This document shows, one piece after another, positions 11,041 to 22,358 of a stretch of 64,000 nt of DNA. This DNA is from Naegleria gruberi (taxonomy: Eukaryota), in assembly GCA_000004985.1 (NCBI GenBank), contig GG738894.1. The stretch is one strand, 5' to 3'. A program made the translations under genes and the position numbers. Each line of letters opens with the position of its first letter. The first letter of the stretch is position 1. Below the pieces are notes generated by a model, which was given only the letters and a program-made list of their open reading frames with translations, made no database searches and was not told the origin of the DNA.

Positions 11041-11393
11041 GAGTCAAGCAACCAACTAGAAAATTTAACATTAACAATACTATTCATAAATTGACTTTTC
11101 ATGAATAATTCAACTCGTTTCTCTGTAAATTTCTTTTTAAATTTAATAACAAGTTTTGAACGTTCCCTGATCACATTAAAGAATTGTTTTGAAATTAAAG
11201 TACAATTATTTAAAATAAACCACGAATCATCAAGCATTGAAATTATTTCAAAACAAACATCATATGAAAATATTTCTTTTTCGAGTTTCACAAACTTTGC
11301 TTTCTCTTCCATATTATTATTATTGTTAGTGAATATTTCCTCCGAATTAATGAATTGATGATTTTCAAAATCTTGTCTGTTTCGTTTGCTCAT
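10446..11393 (-). CDS. F-box-like / leucine-rich-repeat protein (BspA/RNI-like 24-aa LRRs); 3' end disrupted by frameshift
   Basis: ATG at complement(11393): MSKRNRQDFENHQF. The N-terminal F-box-like segment is YDVCFEIISMLDDSWFILNNCTLISKQFFNVIRE, followed by about 8 LRR units. The ORF ends in a non-repeat tail (GGNELVMKELN) caused by a 1-bp deletion at about 10470 (caccaattcattgccacc vs caccaatttcattgccacc elsewhere). Confidence 0.6.
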   Translation of the reverse strand: MSKRNRQDFENHQFINSEEIFTNNNNNMEEKAKFVKLEKEIFSYDVCFEIISMLDDSWFILNNCTLISKQFFNVIRERSKLVIKFKKKFTEKRVELFMKSQFMNSIVNVKFSSWLLDSFERAEFISEMKQLTSLNIYNNRIGDVGAKYINEMKQLTSLNIGGNRIGIKGAKLISEMKQLTSLHTYNNRIGDEGAKYISEMKQLTSLDIGGNQIGDEGAKLISGMKRLTSLHIYNNRIGDEGAKLISGMKQLTSLNIGVNEIGDEGAKLISGMKRLTSLQIYNNRIGDEGAKYISEMKQLTSLNIGGNELVMKELN

Positions 11394-11594
11394 TTTTTTT
11401 TAATTAAAACTAATTTGGTGTCAATCCAAAATCAATAATCTTAATAATTCCTCTAATTTTCATGCGAATTTAAATTCACACTCCAAAAATTTGAACCTTA
11501 TAACTTGGCACAGTTTTCATTTTTTTTAATTCATCAAACCTCTTCATCATTTCATGTTTTTAACGTGCTTTTACGGAAAAAAGTATTAATAAAA

Positions 11595-12932
11595 ATGACA
11601 AAACGATCCATTGAAGAAAATTGCTCATCTTCAAAGAAGATAAAGATTCAAGATCATGTAAATCACATTTCGGAAGATGTTTGGAGTCAAACCATTTTCC
11701 CATTTCTTGATGGCAATGAATTATTTAAATCAATAAGATTAGTTTCGTTTCTGTGGAATAATCTTGTTTTGGCCACTCGATGTAATATTCAAGTTTATTT
11801 TCCAGGTTTCACAATGGAGGAAGTAGAACGAACTGTTGTCCAATTAAAAGAATGGGAATTTTCTGATAGAGAAACCTATGAGGTAACAAGTTTTAAATAT
11901 TCGAATGATAAAGAGCATTGTAAACGAGTGAGAGAATTTATTCAAAGTGGAGAGGAAGGTAAATTCAAAAATGTTACTGGAATTACTTTCAAGAGTAAAA
12001 TTCATCCATGCTTCTTTGAAAAGATTTTCAGTTTGGATTGGCAACATTTGAAAACTCTCAATTTGAGTAATAATACTCTCAATGCTGAGGGAGCAAAGTT
12101 TTTAGCAAATGGAAATATGAATCTAACACAATTGAATTTGTCAAATAATTCCATTGGTAATGAAGGTATTGGCTATTTATCAAAGAGTTCAATTGTTAAA
12201 GGGCTAACTTTATTGAATGTATTGTGTAATAATATTGATAATGAAGGAGCACAATATTTACAAGGTGATAATTTTAAAAATCTAACCCAATTGAATTTTC
12301 AAACTTTATCATCTAGAGGAAATCGTTATCTTGCCATGACTGCTCACTTTTGTGGAGTTACACCATTCACTATTCATCCTTTTGATAATACTGATGATTT
12401 GAAGGAGTATCTCTTTAACTATTACATTAAGTATTGGAATCAATATGCAGGTGAAGTATTGGGTCTCTCTAAAAATGATGACAAACAGGTACTGAAAGAA
12501 AAGATTTATCCATTACCTTTTGAAAGAATTGCTGGGTTGGCAGTTGGTGAAGTTGGTGGAATGGTTTATAATGAATGTGAAACAGAGGCTGTTGTTGGAA
12601 TAGTTTATGGTCAGGAGATTAATGAAGAGAATTTGGCCAAAACTAACGAATCAACACCATTTGTTATTGTTGAAAAGCTTGATGGTTATTCCCATGAATG
12701 TACTTATTGTATTGGAAAGTCTAAGCTTGAAGAAAGATTGGCAAAAGAAGAATACGAAGAAGATGAACTTGAAGAACTTGAAGGAGATTCCAAAACATTC
12801 AAACAAATAGCAAGTTTGCTTCAATCAGGTATTGATAATGATGATGGAAGAGACATTTTTCTGGCTTTTTTCATTGGTGAAATTGTTGATGGTACATTTG
12901 TAGAGCTAAAGAAAAAACAATTAAATTATTGA
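11595..12932 (+). CDS. F-box-like / RNI-type LRR protein
   Basis: ATG at 11595 (MTKRSIEENCSS). F-box-like segment: EDVWSQTIFPFLDGNELFKSIRLVSFLWNNLVLATR. RNI-like LRRs: LKTLNLSNNTLNAEGAKFLANGNMNLTQLNLSNNSIGNEGIGYLS...LTLLNVLCNNIDNEGAQYLQ. Acidic C-terminus. Confidence 0.6.
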   Translation: MTKRSIEENCSSSKKIKIQDHVNHISEDVWSQTIFPFLDGNELFKSIRLVSFLWNNLVLATRCNIQVYFPGFTMEEVERTVVQLKEWEFSDRETYEVTSFKYSNDKEHCKRVREFIQSGEEGKFKNVTGITFKSKIHPCFFEKIFSLDWQHLKTLNLSNNTLNAEGAKFLANGNMNLTQLNLSNNSIGNEGIGYLSKSSIVKGLTLLNVLCNNIDNEGAQYLQGDNFKNLTQLNFQTLSSRGNRYLAMTAHFCGVTPFTIHPFDNTDDLKEYLFNYYIKYWNQYAGEVLGLSKNDDKQVLKEKIYPLPFERIAGLAVGEVGGMVYNECETEAVVGIVYGQEINEENLAKTNESTPFVIVEKLDGYSHECTYCIGKSKLEERLAKEEYEEDELEELEGDSKTFKQIASLLQSGIDNDDGRDIFLAFFIGEIVDGTFVELKKKQLNY

Positions 12933-13052
12933 TACGAATATAATCCTGATAAATATCACTCTACTTAGTGGTGATGGTAAACTCCTGATTAAGGCTCAAT
13001 TCCTTAAAGAAACCTTGCCGCCAAAATTTTAATAAATTTTAAATTCAAAAAA

Positions 13053-14102
13053 ATGAAACAATCAAAAAATGAAGAAGAACACACCGAGAAGATTCATATC
13101 GGAATGTTGGAAGAACAATTTAATAAATGTAATTTAAAGGTTTTTAAAGAAAGTCCCATGGTTGATGATACTATTGAAGGATGGCTTGATATTGTAAGAA
13201 AACAAAATAAGTGGTTGTATAATATAGAGTCAGGTGAGAGTGAATATCATACAGTTTCACATCTTTTAGAACGATTTTATCCAAAGAAATTTCAAAAGGA
13301 ATTTGAAGCAATTTGTAAATTTGTGGCAGATGAAAATAATTTAATATGTATAACTGAATTGTTTGAACTTGATATTTGGCTCCAAAACTCTGCTCCATAT
13401 TTCTTTAAATGTATAACAATGAAATATAGTGATTATCGTAAAATAGCCAATTTAGTTGAATTTAAGGACTGGGTAAGAGCTGCAGATGAATTGAGGGAAT
13501 ATGTCAATTATTTTCAAGAAAATTCCAATAACATTAATAATAGAGAGGATTTCTTCAAGTACAGATTAAATTGGTTAATATCATTAACAGATACAGGTAA
13601 TAACGTATATTTTGATTATTGTGTTGAACTTGGCGATAATATCAAAATTAATACTGATATTTGTATAGACAATGGTGATTCAAGGATTTATATCGTGTTT
13701 GCAAATTCCAATATGGATGATGCATTTAATTGTGAAGAATTTCACAAAACAATAATGTTGACAATACTAACACCAATATTATTAAGACAACAAGTGCTTT
13801 CATTTATTTGCTGCAAAACGTTTGCATATTATTTTAATTTTTATTCGGATGGTTCTTTTATAATGGGTAAAATAGATTTGACAAATGTGAATGGAATGTT
13901 TGAAATATTTAGTGAAATATCATGTTCTTGTAATCGTGGTCAGTGTATGATATCATTTAATCTTGTCAAGAAACGATTGGAACAAAAAGAGACTAACAAC
14001 ATTAAAGGAATTGAAAAATCACACAAAACTAGTAAACTAAACAATATTAATAATCAATCAAAAAGAAAAATATTAGGAGATATGTCTAATTGCATTAAAT
14101 AA
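13053..14102 (+). CDS. Hypothetical protein (349 aa)
   Basis: Single long ORF starting at an ATG with A-rich upstream context. I recognise no motif. Confidence 0.45.
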   Translation: MKQSKNEEEHTEKIHIGMLEEQFNKCNLKVFKESPMVDDTIEGWLDIVRKQNKWLYNIESGESEYHTVSHLLERFYPKKFQKEFEAICKFVADENNLICITELFELDIWLQNSAPYFFKCITMKYSDYRKIANLVEFKDWVRAADELREYVNYFQENSNNINNREDFFKYRLNWLISLTDTGNNVYFDYCVELGDNIKINTDICIDNGDSRIYIVFANSNMDDAFNCEEFHKTIMLTILTPILLRQQVLSFICCKTFAYYFNFYSDGSFIMGKIDLTNVNGMFEIFSEISCSCNRGQCMISFNLVKKRLEQKETNNIKGIEKSHKTSKLNNINNQSKRKILGDMSNCIK

Positions 14103-14255
14103 GAATTAATTCAATCTTAAAAGATCTTTCATATGAGAGGAGTTTCGATTGGAATCGATTGATTTGATGGAATGGTGTTGGAACATGCCAAATTGTGTGG
14201 AGGATCATCAATAAAAATCCATTTTCAATGAATTCCAGTTATTTAAATTTGAGGT

Positions 14256-16570
14256 TTATTGGGTTTCTTCTTCTTCGCCTGAACTGGCATCCTCTTCTCC
14301 TTGAGCATCTCCTGAGGCATTTTCTTCAGTACCCTTTTTCTTTTTTCGTTTTCTGACTCTCTTCTTCTTTTTCTTTTCAATAACCATGTCATAATTTGGA
14401 GGTGGTGGAGCATTCTTATTAGGTAAAGGATCAGTCTTACCAGAAAAGATATTCACAACAACTGTCTTAACATTGGCATTTGAGGCTGGTTGTGGAGAGA
14501 AATTACTTCCTGAAGTTGGTCCATGTGGAACATCAGATGTTTTTCCTCTCAAATGAGGAGGAACATAGGCAGAAACCTTTTGAGCGGATGCAGGTTGAGA
14601 TTGGAATTGAGAAGGCTTAGTATTTGAGGTAGATGAAGCTCCATTAACAACACCTTGATTAAGAGCTCTTGGGGAAGGTGGACGATTCTTGTATCTATTT
14701 GAAGAAACAGGTCTAATAATTGCATGATATAAAAAGTCATCTTGCAAAGTAAGGTTGTACATTAATTGGCCATTATACTTGTAAATTTGGAATTTGTTAG
14801 CAACACGCAACTTTGGGAAGTGAGTTCCAACAATAAATAATCTAGAGTCTGGAGACCAATGAGCAAAGGTTGGTTCAGAAGCTTGATTAATACCCATTAA
14901 ACGTTTTCTTTCTCTATCAAAGAAGAGGAGGGTACCAGTGAAACCACCAAAACCAGCCAAAACTAAAAATCTACCATGAGGGGAGTAGAAAATCTTGTTA
15001 ACTTTCCAATTGGATGTATTTTCTTGTTGTTGTAAAAATTCAAAGATTGGTTGAGATTGTGCGTCAAACAAAGTTGCTCTCATGTTTGGTCCAGAATAAC
15101 CATAAATGGCAACAAACTCATTACCTCTTGGAGACCATTGTAAATCGTGAACAGGTCCTTCTTCTGTTAATTGAATATCCTTAGAAAGATTTCCATTTGA
15201 TCTAACATAATAAAGCTTATTTTCACCATAGTAACTCTTGTCGCTTTGATCAGTATTTGTTGTGGTATAGACAAGTAACGCAGTACCAACCTTATTCCAA
15301 CGCATTTCAACAGAATCTACATCATGTGAAAAATGTTTGGTGGCAGTTGGACGCTTAACATTTGGTAATTTGTACAATCTAACACTGTTTTGTTCAGTTG
15401 ACTTGTTGGTGTTATAAGTATAAATAGCAAAAGTACTCTTTGGAGAAAGGGCAAATGCGTGAACCTTTCTTTGGATAACAATATCACTTCTTGGTTGGAA
15501 ACTAATTTTCTTTTCAGGTGTTTCTTCAACATTATAGAAAATGACACTTTCTTCAGATGGATCAAAATAAGCCATTAAAGTTTCATCTTCATTCCATTGA
15601 ATAACAGGCCATAATCCATTTTCTGTTGGTTTGTGAGAAAACTTCATAAGTAAATGATCCTTTTCATTAAGTTCAATAAGAGTAGAGTTTGGTAAATTCA
15701 AAGATGGAACACCACTTTCTGTTATAGTAGTATCTTGCTTTAACTTCCAAATTCTCAAGTTAAACTTTAAAAGATTTTCATCTTGCTCGCTGCTTGGTTC
15801 TCCATTCCACTTTCCCAATGTAATTAAATAACTATTACAAGGTGAAAAGTGCACTTTTGTGATGGCAACTTCTCTTGGTTGAGTAAGAATATATTTCATT
15901 TCTCCAGTAAATGTGTCCGAAATAAAGAGTCTTGAAATTTTCTTATCATTTGGAGAGAAAGGATCAATCTTATCAAGATAGGCCAAGTATGCTCCATCAT
16001 CTGAGTAAATTAAAAAGTCAGATGATTGTGTGCTAATTGGCTTTTCAGAAGGAATAAGTTCAATCTTATCAGCTGTTGATGTTGATTGTTGTTGGTCTTG
16101 ATAACGCACAGAATAGCTACAAATACCCTTGGATTTTGTATTTACTATAAAATTATAATAATAATATTAATAAAACTATTGTATCATACAAAATACTTAC
16201 CAACTAATTGAATTTCTGGTTCGTCAACAATAACACCCAGGTTTTCCATTTGCTTATATCCTTCAGCATCTTCGTCAAAAGCTGCTTGTTGAGAAGTTGT
16301 ATTTTGAGATACAGCTTCTTTTGGTGGAGTTTGTTGAATTGGCTTTTTAGGTTGATTAGTGTTATTATTATTATTGGAGGAGACAGGTGTTGTATTACTA
16401 TTCTTCTTTGGCTGTTGTTGTCCTTGTTGAGGAGGTTTGGTATTTTGTGAAGGAGGAGCACGACCACTATTATTACTGCTGGCCGATTGTTGTTGATTTC
16501 GGCTCTGATTCCTATTATTATTGTTGTTACCCCCAGAAGCTGGCATGGAGCGGAATTGGTTTTGACTCAT
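14256..16570 (-). CDS. eIF2A: Eukaryotic translation initiation factor 2A (eIF2A) with N-terminal Q/N-rich extension. Exons complement(16201..16570) and complement(14256..16144).
   Basis: Blocks matching human eIF2A: VRLYKLPNV (VRLYQYPNF); WNKVGTALLVYTTTNTDQSDKSYYGENKLYY (WNKKATAVLVIASTDVDKTGASYYGEQTLHY); IFYSPHGRFLVLAGFGGFTG (AYYSPHGHILVLAGFGNLRG); FPKLRVANKFQIYKYNG (APRLRVNNGYKIWHYTG). K-rich acidic C-terminus. The 56-nt intron 16145..16200 (GTAAGT...TATAG) joins exon 1 (MSQNQFRSMPASGGNNNNNRNQ...EIQLVG) in frame to ...VNTKSKGICSYSVRYQDQQ. Confidence 0.85.
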
Positions 16571-16947
16571 TTTTTCACAACAATATTTTGTTCATCATCT
16601 ATGTGCTGCTTGTTTTCTGCTTACGCTGCCATTACCTTCTCTCTCTTCATCAGCACAAAGAATCCAACTCGACAAACATTACAAAAGAAAGTTTTTTGAA
16701 TATTCGTAAGGCAAAGAGAGAATCTTTTCAAGATAACATTATTTTACATTGTTGGGCAATTTTGAATTGGTTCATTTAAATGTTGTTTGTTAATTATTAG
16801 TATTTTTCTCATGTATTAGCTGCATGATAAGAAGATTATCATATATTCGGGTAGTTTTCATAAAAAGATTAAAATTAATTTGGTCTCTGAAGTTTGCTGC
16901 AAGCTACAATTTTGGCGCCTTTTTCATAACAGTCAAATTAAAAAGAA

Positions 16948-18483
16948 ATGAAAAACAACGGACGGCAGCCTCTATCACTCTCAAATACGAGTGGTGGTGG
17001 AGGTGGGTTGAGATCCGCCTCATCCTCAATAGTGATGAATAATAGTGGTCGTCCTTCATCAGCACCTTATGGTAGAACACCAACATCAGCCACTAGTAGA
17101 AATTCCTTCCTCAATTCTTTTGACAGAAACTCAACTTTGAATAGTAGCAGTCATCAACAACAGGCAACGAGGAATGGAACACCTAATTCCATCGTTACAA
17201 ATCCCAATTCAAATATAAATCTTAATAATTTGGAGAGTATGAGCGAGAGTGATGCCATTATTACATTATTGACAAGTTTTCTTGCCGAAGGAGAACGTTA
17301 CATGAAAACAAGAGAATGGGATAAAGCAATTGTTTCTTTTACAAAAGCTTTGGAGGATGAACCAATGAACAAGTATGCTTATATTTGCAGATCGAAATGT
17401 TTTACTAATATTGGAGAATTTGATAAAGCAATTGAGGATGCGGAAAAGGCTTTGGAAATTGATCCAAAATATCATCGAGCATTTCTAGCAAAGGCAGAGT
17501 GTTTATATTCATCAGGAAAATTTGAGTATGCTCTTGTATATTATTATAAGGGATATGACCTTCGAAAGGATATTGAGGATTTTAAGAAGGGTATTAGAAA
17601 AGCCAAAATTGCAATTAATGAATCTATTGAACAGGATGAAATTGACAGAGCATACAAGAAGGGATCGGATTCATTGAATTCATCTCGGTTGGGAAGTTTG
17701 AGCTCATCAAGACCAGGTTCAGCATCTAGTACTTTTTCTTCAAGACCAGGTTCTGCCACGTCAAGGCTCTATCAGACTCAGACGAGAAAAGTTGTCACTC
17801 CTAGGGATGTTCATTCGGGTTATACATTACCTGCCAAAAATCAGCTCAATAAGAATAGACCTTCATCAGCTGGCAGTACTCTTTCAAGGACAGTTCAACG
17901 TCCCGCTTCTGCAGGATCTTCAAGGCAACAATATAATCCATCATTCACACCCAAACCCCCCATTCCTAGACCAATGTCAGCCTCAACAACTAGACCATCA
18001 AGTGCAAGAACCACCTATTCTGGCACCAGTAGACCAATGTCAGCAACAAGGCCAAAGAGTGCCAATGTAAATAGAAAAGAAAGATTTCTCCTTGGAGAAT
18101 TTACCAAAGATGAGGATTATCTCAATAATCTTTTGAACGATCAATGTAAGTAATTGGTTTAAGCAGTATTCCTAATCATTGTTAAAGCATTGAGGAAATC
18201 AATAACTGGTGACGCTACAAAAGGTCACACTGAAATTGTTAATATTGTACAAGATACTTTGGATTATTTGGATAAACGAAAAGAATTTTGGCGACATTCA
18301 ATTACAACAGGTTCGACCACTTCTGCTATTCACGTAACACCAACACCACAAATAGTCAACGTTTTTAATCCCTTTAGAAGAGATATGTTTCAGTCGACAG
18401 TCACTAGGCCTAAATCTGCTTCGCTTTCAAATATGTCAATCTCCTCAATGTCACCTTCTAAGAAATATGAATTATTCATATAA
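16948..18483 (+). CDS. TPR-repeat protein with Ser-rich flanks. Exons 16948..18145 and 18188..18483.
   Basis: Three TPRs: ERYMKTREWDKAIVSFTKALEDEPMNKYAYICRSKCFTNIGEFDKAIEDAEKALEIDPKYHRAFLAKAECLYSSGKFEYALVYYYKGYDL. Proposed 42-nt intron 18146..18187 (GTAAGT...TTAAAG) joins ...LLNDQ to SLRKSITGDATKGH... in frame. Confidence 0.55.
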
Positions 18484-18593
18484 ATTTGAATCTAAATTAT
18501 TTATTAAGTTATTGATTTGTAATCTTAATAACAAGGTAATCAGCTAACAGGCTTTTAACCTCACTAAAATTAATAATTCGAAAAAGCAAATTT

Positions 18594-20158
18594 TTATTCA
18601 TGGAATAATAGAGTAACATCACACAATTCGTGTCGTTTGATTGAGGGAATTTGCAAACTCAAATATTTTTCCTCTTCATTTCGATCTTCCAACATTTGTA
18701 TGGTTTTCAAATCCTCGTGTACTGTTTCGTCATTGCTAAAATTCTTCTTCAATAATTCCAAACAGAAACGTTTATATAACAGCAGATTAGCTTTATCCAA
18801 AATCTCAGCACTGTTTTTAATATTACTAGATAATTGATCATAGCTTTCTACAGGGAAGTTCTGCTCAATTTCTTCATAAATAACAAGAGTAAGATGGTTG
18901 ATATAGATAAAAGGTTCCTTTGCTATTAAAATTGATGGCAGTGGACCGAATTTGAAGGCCTCTAATAGAGACAATAAATAATAATACAAAGCAAAGAGAA
19001 GAGTTTTTCCATTTGAACCATCCATTCCACAATTTTGATAATCAATAATTCTATTCATCAGAGTTCTTAGAAAAAAGTTTTTACGTATCAATAGTGAGTG
19101 ATTGTAGTTTGAGGATGCTGTTGATTTACCAAGGTTTGTTAAAATAGCTCCAAGTCGAGAATAGAACTCGTCCACTCCAAAATGAAATTCCAATTCTGCA
19201 ACTGATAATGCATGATTTGTTTGCAATTTAACAAACTCTATTCCATTACTAATACTAGATACTAGAGCATCATCATTTAGAATAGATTTAAAATATTTGA
19301 TTTTTGAAAATTGTAGAAATTGCTTGATGGATTGCATGTCACAATTGGTTTGTTGTGAGATAGTTTTTACAAAATCTCTATCCGACATATTTACATAATC
19401 TTTAGTTGCTCTATCACCAAATGTCTCTACATAATTATCAATCATGGTAATCAAAGACTCTGATTTTTGAGAGGAGGAATTCAATTCTTGAATAATTTTA
19501 GATAACAAGCATTCAAAAATCCACTCCTGATAATTTGGATTTATAAATCCATTATTTCTCTCAATTATTTCATCCAACAGTGTCTTACAATACTGAAATG
19601 AAATATTTGATTGTTCATCCTCCCACAAGTAATAATAAATTTTCCCCAACATTCCATAAACATCGATCATATTCCTCTTTACAACATCTATTAATTTATC
19701 ATCCTGAATTAAATCAATGCATTTCAAGATATTTTCATAGTATTCAATACATCCTTCCAACATTCTGGCATCTTCCAAAGTAAACGCAAAATAATTATTG
19801 GTTCTTCCTCGTACTCTCTTTTCGAGAGCAACATCCATACGCAATTTAACTAAATGATTAAATCTAATGATATTATAGGCTTGATTTTCCAATACTTCAG
19901 GTTCAGTTAGACCCTGTTCCCGTTCTATATATATAATTCCAATCACAACATCATTTTATTATATTATTAAATATTAATTTAAATATTAAATAAAAATTAC
20001 AAACCTTCGTAAGATATGAAGGATTCATGTTGATTAAATAGAAATTTGATTGTTTTGGATGCATCACCATTGGCAAAAGATACCCGATCGACTAAATCTG
20101 GCCAATCATAATTATTCAAATCTTGTTCAAAATTCATATCAAACTCTGAGGGATCCAT
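18594..20158 (-). CDS. Hypothetical protein (about 495 aa). Exons complement(20005..20158) and complement(18594..19924).
   Basis: ATG at complement(20158): MDPSEFDMNFEQDLNNYDWPDLVDRV...FISYE. An 80-nt intron 19925..20004 (GTTTGT...TATAG, non-consensus donor but the only in-frame GT-AG solution) joins to EREQGLTEPEVLENQ.... No motif recognised. Confidence 0.5.
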
Positions 20159-20229
20159 GATGAGGCGAGTTGTGGTATTTTTTTTGTAATGTTAAAGATG
20201 GTCAACTGATAATGATTATAATAATTGTT

Positions 20230-22110
20230 TTATTGCAATTCACAATCTTCGAACACTTCACAATACTGTTTAGCAATTTCCATAGTATTTTCAATTGGAA
20301 CAAAGTGAACATTAGGATAGGATGGAGCTACGAATTGCTCAATTAGACTTGTACATTCTGTAGCGTATTCAAAGACTTCCAAGCTTGGTGGGAGAACAAG
20401 TTCTGTAAGAATATTTGAGGAAGACTGATCTGTGGAAAAGTCAAAGTGCCAAGCTAATTTTTTGAGATTTGTAAAATTTGCAATGGATCGAAGAATAGAA
20501 ATGTCATTGTAAACATATGATCCAGTTCTAATTGTGAGCTCCTTCAAGTTTGGACTCTCGCTTGTGAGAACTTGAATCACTTCATCTCTCAAAGCGTTTT
20601 GTGCAATATTTAAACAGTCTACTTGTTTAAAGAAGGAAAGACCATTCGAATTAAATGTCATGTACTCATAAATGCTACCAGCCGGTGTTGCCATGTAACA
20701 ATCAATTTTCTTGGCTGGTTTCTCAAGGAAATATTGGTAAGCTGAGGCACCAAGTGCTTTCTCAACAAGGTCCATAACATGTACCCTGTATTGGGTTGGC
20801 ATAAAGAGTTTTCCCTTAAGAGTAGTGGTGTTTACCTTCTTTAAATGCATATCTACATTATTGAATATACTATACAGTGATATTTTGAAAACTTCCTCAT
20901 TGGCAATACTTCTCATTGCAATTTCTCTCCAATACTTTCCAGTCCTTGATAGTAAAACTCTGTTATGAACTGGTAAGAATGAGAATATTAATTCTGTACA
21001 ATTATCATCCAATAGACGATAAATAAAACATGATACAATATTTGTGTTAGGATTCATTCGTTGGGCCTTTTTGAGATTTTCTGATTTTTCCTTTTCCATT
21101 CCTTTTCTCCCATAAGCATAGGCCAACATCTTGTAGACTTCATCGGTTTCGTTCAATGTTTGAGCATGTAAAAAGTCTTGCAGTGCCAAATCAACTTCAT
21201 GACTGTAGAAATAGGAAAGACCTCTATTGAAAATGTAATGGTAAATGTTTGAGTTGCTTTCACCCATTTCAATAGCCTTTGAGTAATATTTGATAGAGTC
21301 ATGGTAATACGTGGAGAAATAATAAGAAATACCAGCTCTATAATACAATTCTTCAAGAGAAATCATCGAAGAGTGTTGTTGGTTTGAAGTTGGTTCAATA
21401 TTTTCCTCTTGTTGATGAGAATTCATTCCCAATTTACCCAAGAGTTTTTTGTGAGCTGACTTGAAATAGGTCTTTGTTTGTTCGTGAATTTCAGTCAAAT
21501 TCTCAATAACCTTCTCTGATCGATGTTTCATTTCATGTTGAATTTCGAATATTTTCTTTTCCAATAAAATTGATTTTTCATCTTGATCTTCTTTGAATTC
21601 AATAGCACTTTTGAATGCATGAGCTGATTCCAAATAATCACCAAGCATGTACAGAATGAAACCTTCGAAATATTGAACTACATAAGTTTCCTTCAAAGTA
21701 TAGTCCAAATAAATAGCAAGTTTGATGTCTTGCAATGCCTTTTCAAACTTATTCGAAGAAATTCTTACTACTGATCTCTGCAAATACAAGATGGCATCTT
21801 CGGTTGAAATGATGCTCTGATTTGATTGATCTTCTTTTTCCTGCACCATTCCTTCACTAATCTTCATCTTTCCCATCAATGATTTCTCAGCCTTGTATTG
21901 CTTTCTGTACAAAATTCTTTCCTTCAATTCTTCTTTAAATTGTTTTCTTTTGGTTCTGATACCTTCATCGAGGTTTTTATTATGTTGTCGGATTCGACGC
22001 TTCATATCTATGGCTTTGTAGTGCATTCTATCCAACGAACTTGCTGCCATCAAAATTGGAAAGAAGAGAATTGCAAAAGGACCAGTCGGAATTGGAACTG
22101 AGCCACACAT
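20230..22110 (-). CDS. Membrane-anchored TPR / F-box / LRR-like protein
   Basis: ATG at complement(22110). N-terminal hydrophobic anchor MCGSVPIPTGPFAILFFPILMAASSL. TPR-like helices follow (YLQRSVVRISSNKFEKALQDIKLAIYLDY...; ELYYRAGISYYFSTYYHDSIKYYSKAIEM). The F-box reads LIFSFLPVHNRVLLSRTGKYWREIAMRSI. The tail is leucine-rich. Confidence 0.55.
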   Translation of the reverse strand: MCGSVPIPTGPFAILFFPILMAASSLDRMHYKAIDMKRRIRQHNKNLDEGIRTKRKQFKEELKERILYRKQYKAEKSLMGKMKISEGMVQEKEDQSNQSIISTEDAILYLQRSVVRISSNKFEKALQDIKLAIYLDYTLKETYVVQYFEGFILYMLGDYLESAHAFKSAIEFKEDQDEKSILLEKKIFEIQHEMKHRSEKVIENLTEIHEQTKTYFKSAHKKLLGKLGMNSHQQEENIEPTSNQQHSSMISLEELYYRAGISYYFSTYYHDSIKYYSKAIEMGESNSNIYHYIFNRGLSYFYSHEVDLALQDFLHAQTLNETDEVYKMLAYAYGRKGMEKEKSENLKKAQRMNPNTNIVSCFIYRLLDDNCTELIFSFLPVHNRVLLSRTGKYWREIAMRSIANEEVFKISLYSIFNNVDMHLKKVNTTTLKGKLFMPTQYRVHVMDLVEKALGASAYQYFLEKPAKKIDCYMATPAGSIYEYMTFNSNGLSFFKQVDCLNIAQNALRDEVIQVLTSESPNLKELTIRTGSYVYNDISILRSIANFTNLKKLAWHFDFSTDQSSSNILTELVLPPSLEVFEYATECTSLIEQFVAPSYPNVHFVPIENTMEIAKQYCEVFEDCELQ

Positions 22111-22358
22111 TTTTTTTCAGTTGTTGATGAACTTTAAACTTCAAGTATTATTATTAATAATTGTTGTAGATTTCATCATCATGATTTGGATAACGTTGAT
22201 GAGAGTGTCCTTTATTTTTTTGGCGCTCAAAGAAATCGTTACACATTCGTGAAAAAATTAATAAAAAAAATAAGAACAAAACCTCTTCTGGTTCGAGCCT
22301 CTGAGTGTTTGGAACAAGTTTTGTCTTCACATATTTTTGTTCCGTAATAATCATCATC

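Noticed and set aside
10049-12932. Bacterial BspA-like or Trichomonas-type surface LRR proteins, implying prokaryotic or HGT origin
   Set aside because: The genes carry F-box-like N-termini and sit among intron-containing eukaryotic genes with the same codon usage. No signal peptide or prokaryotic features.
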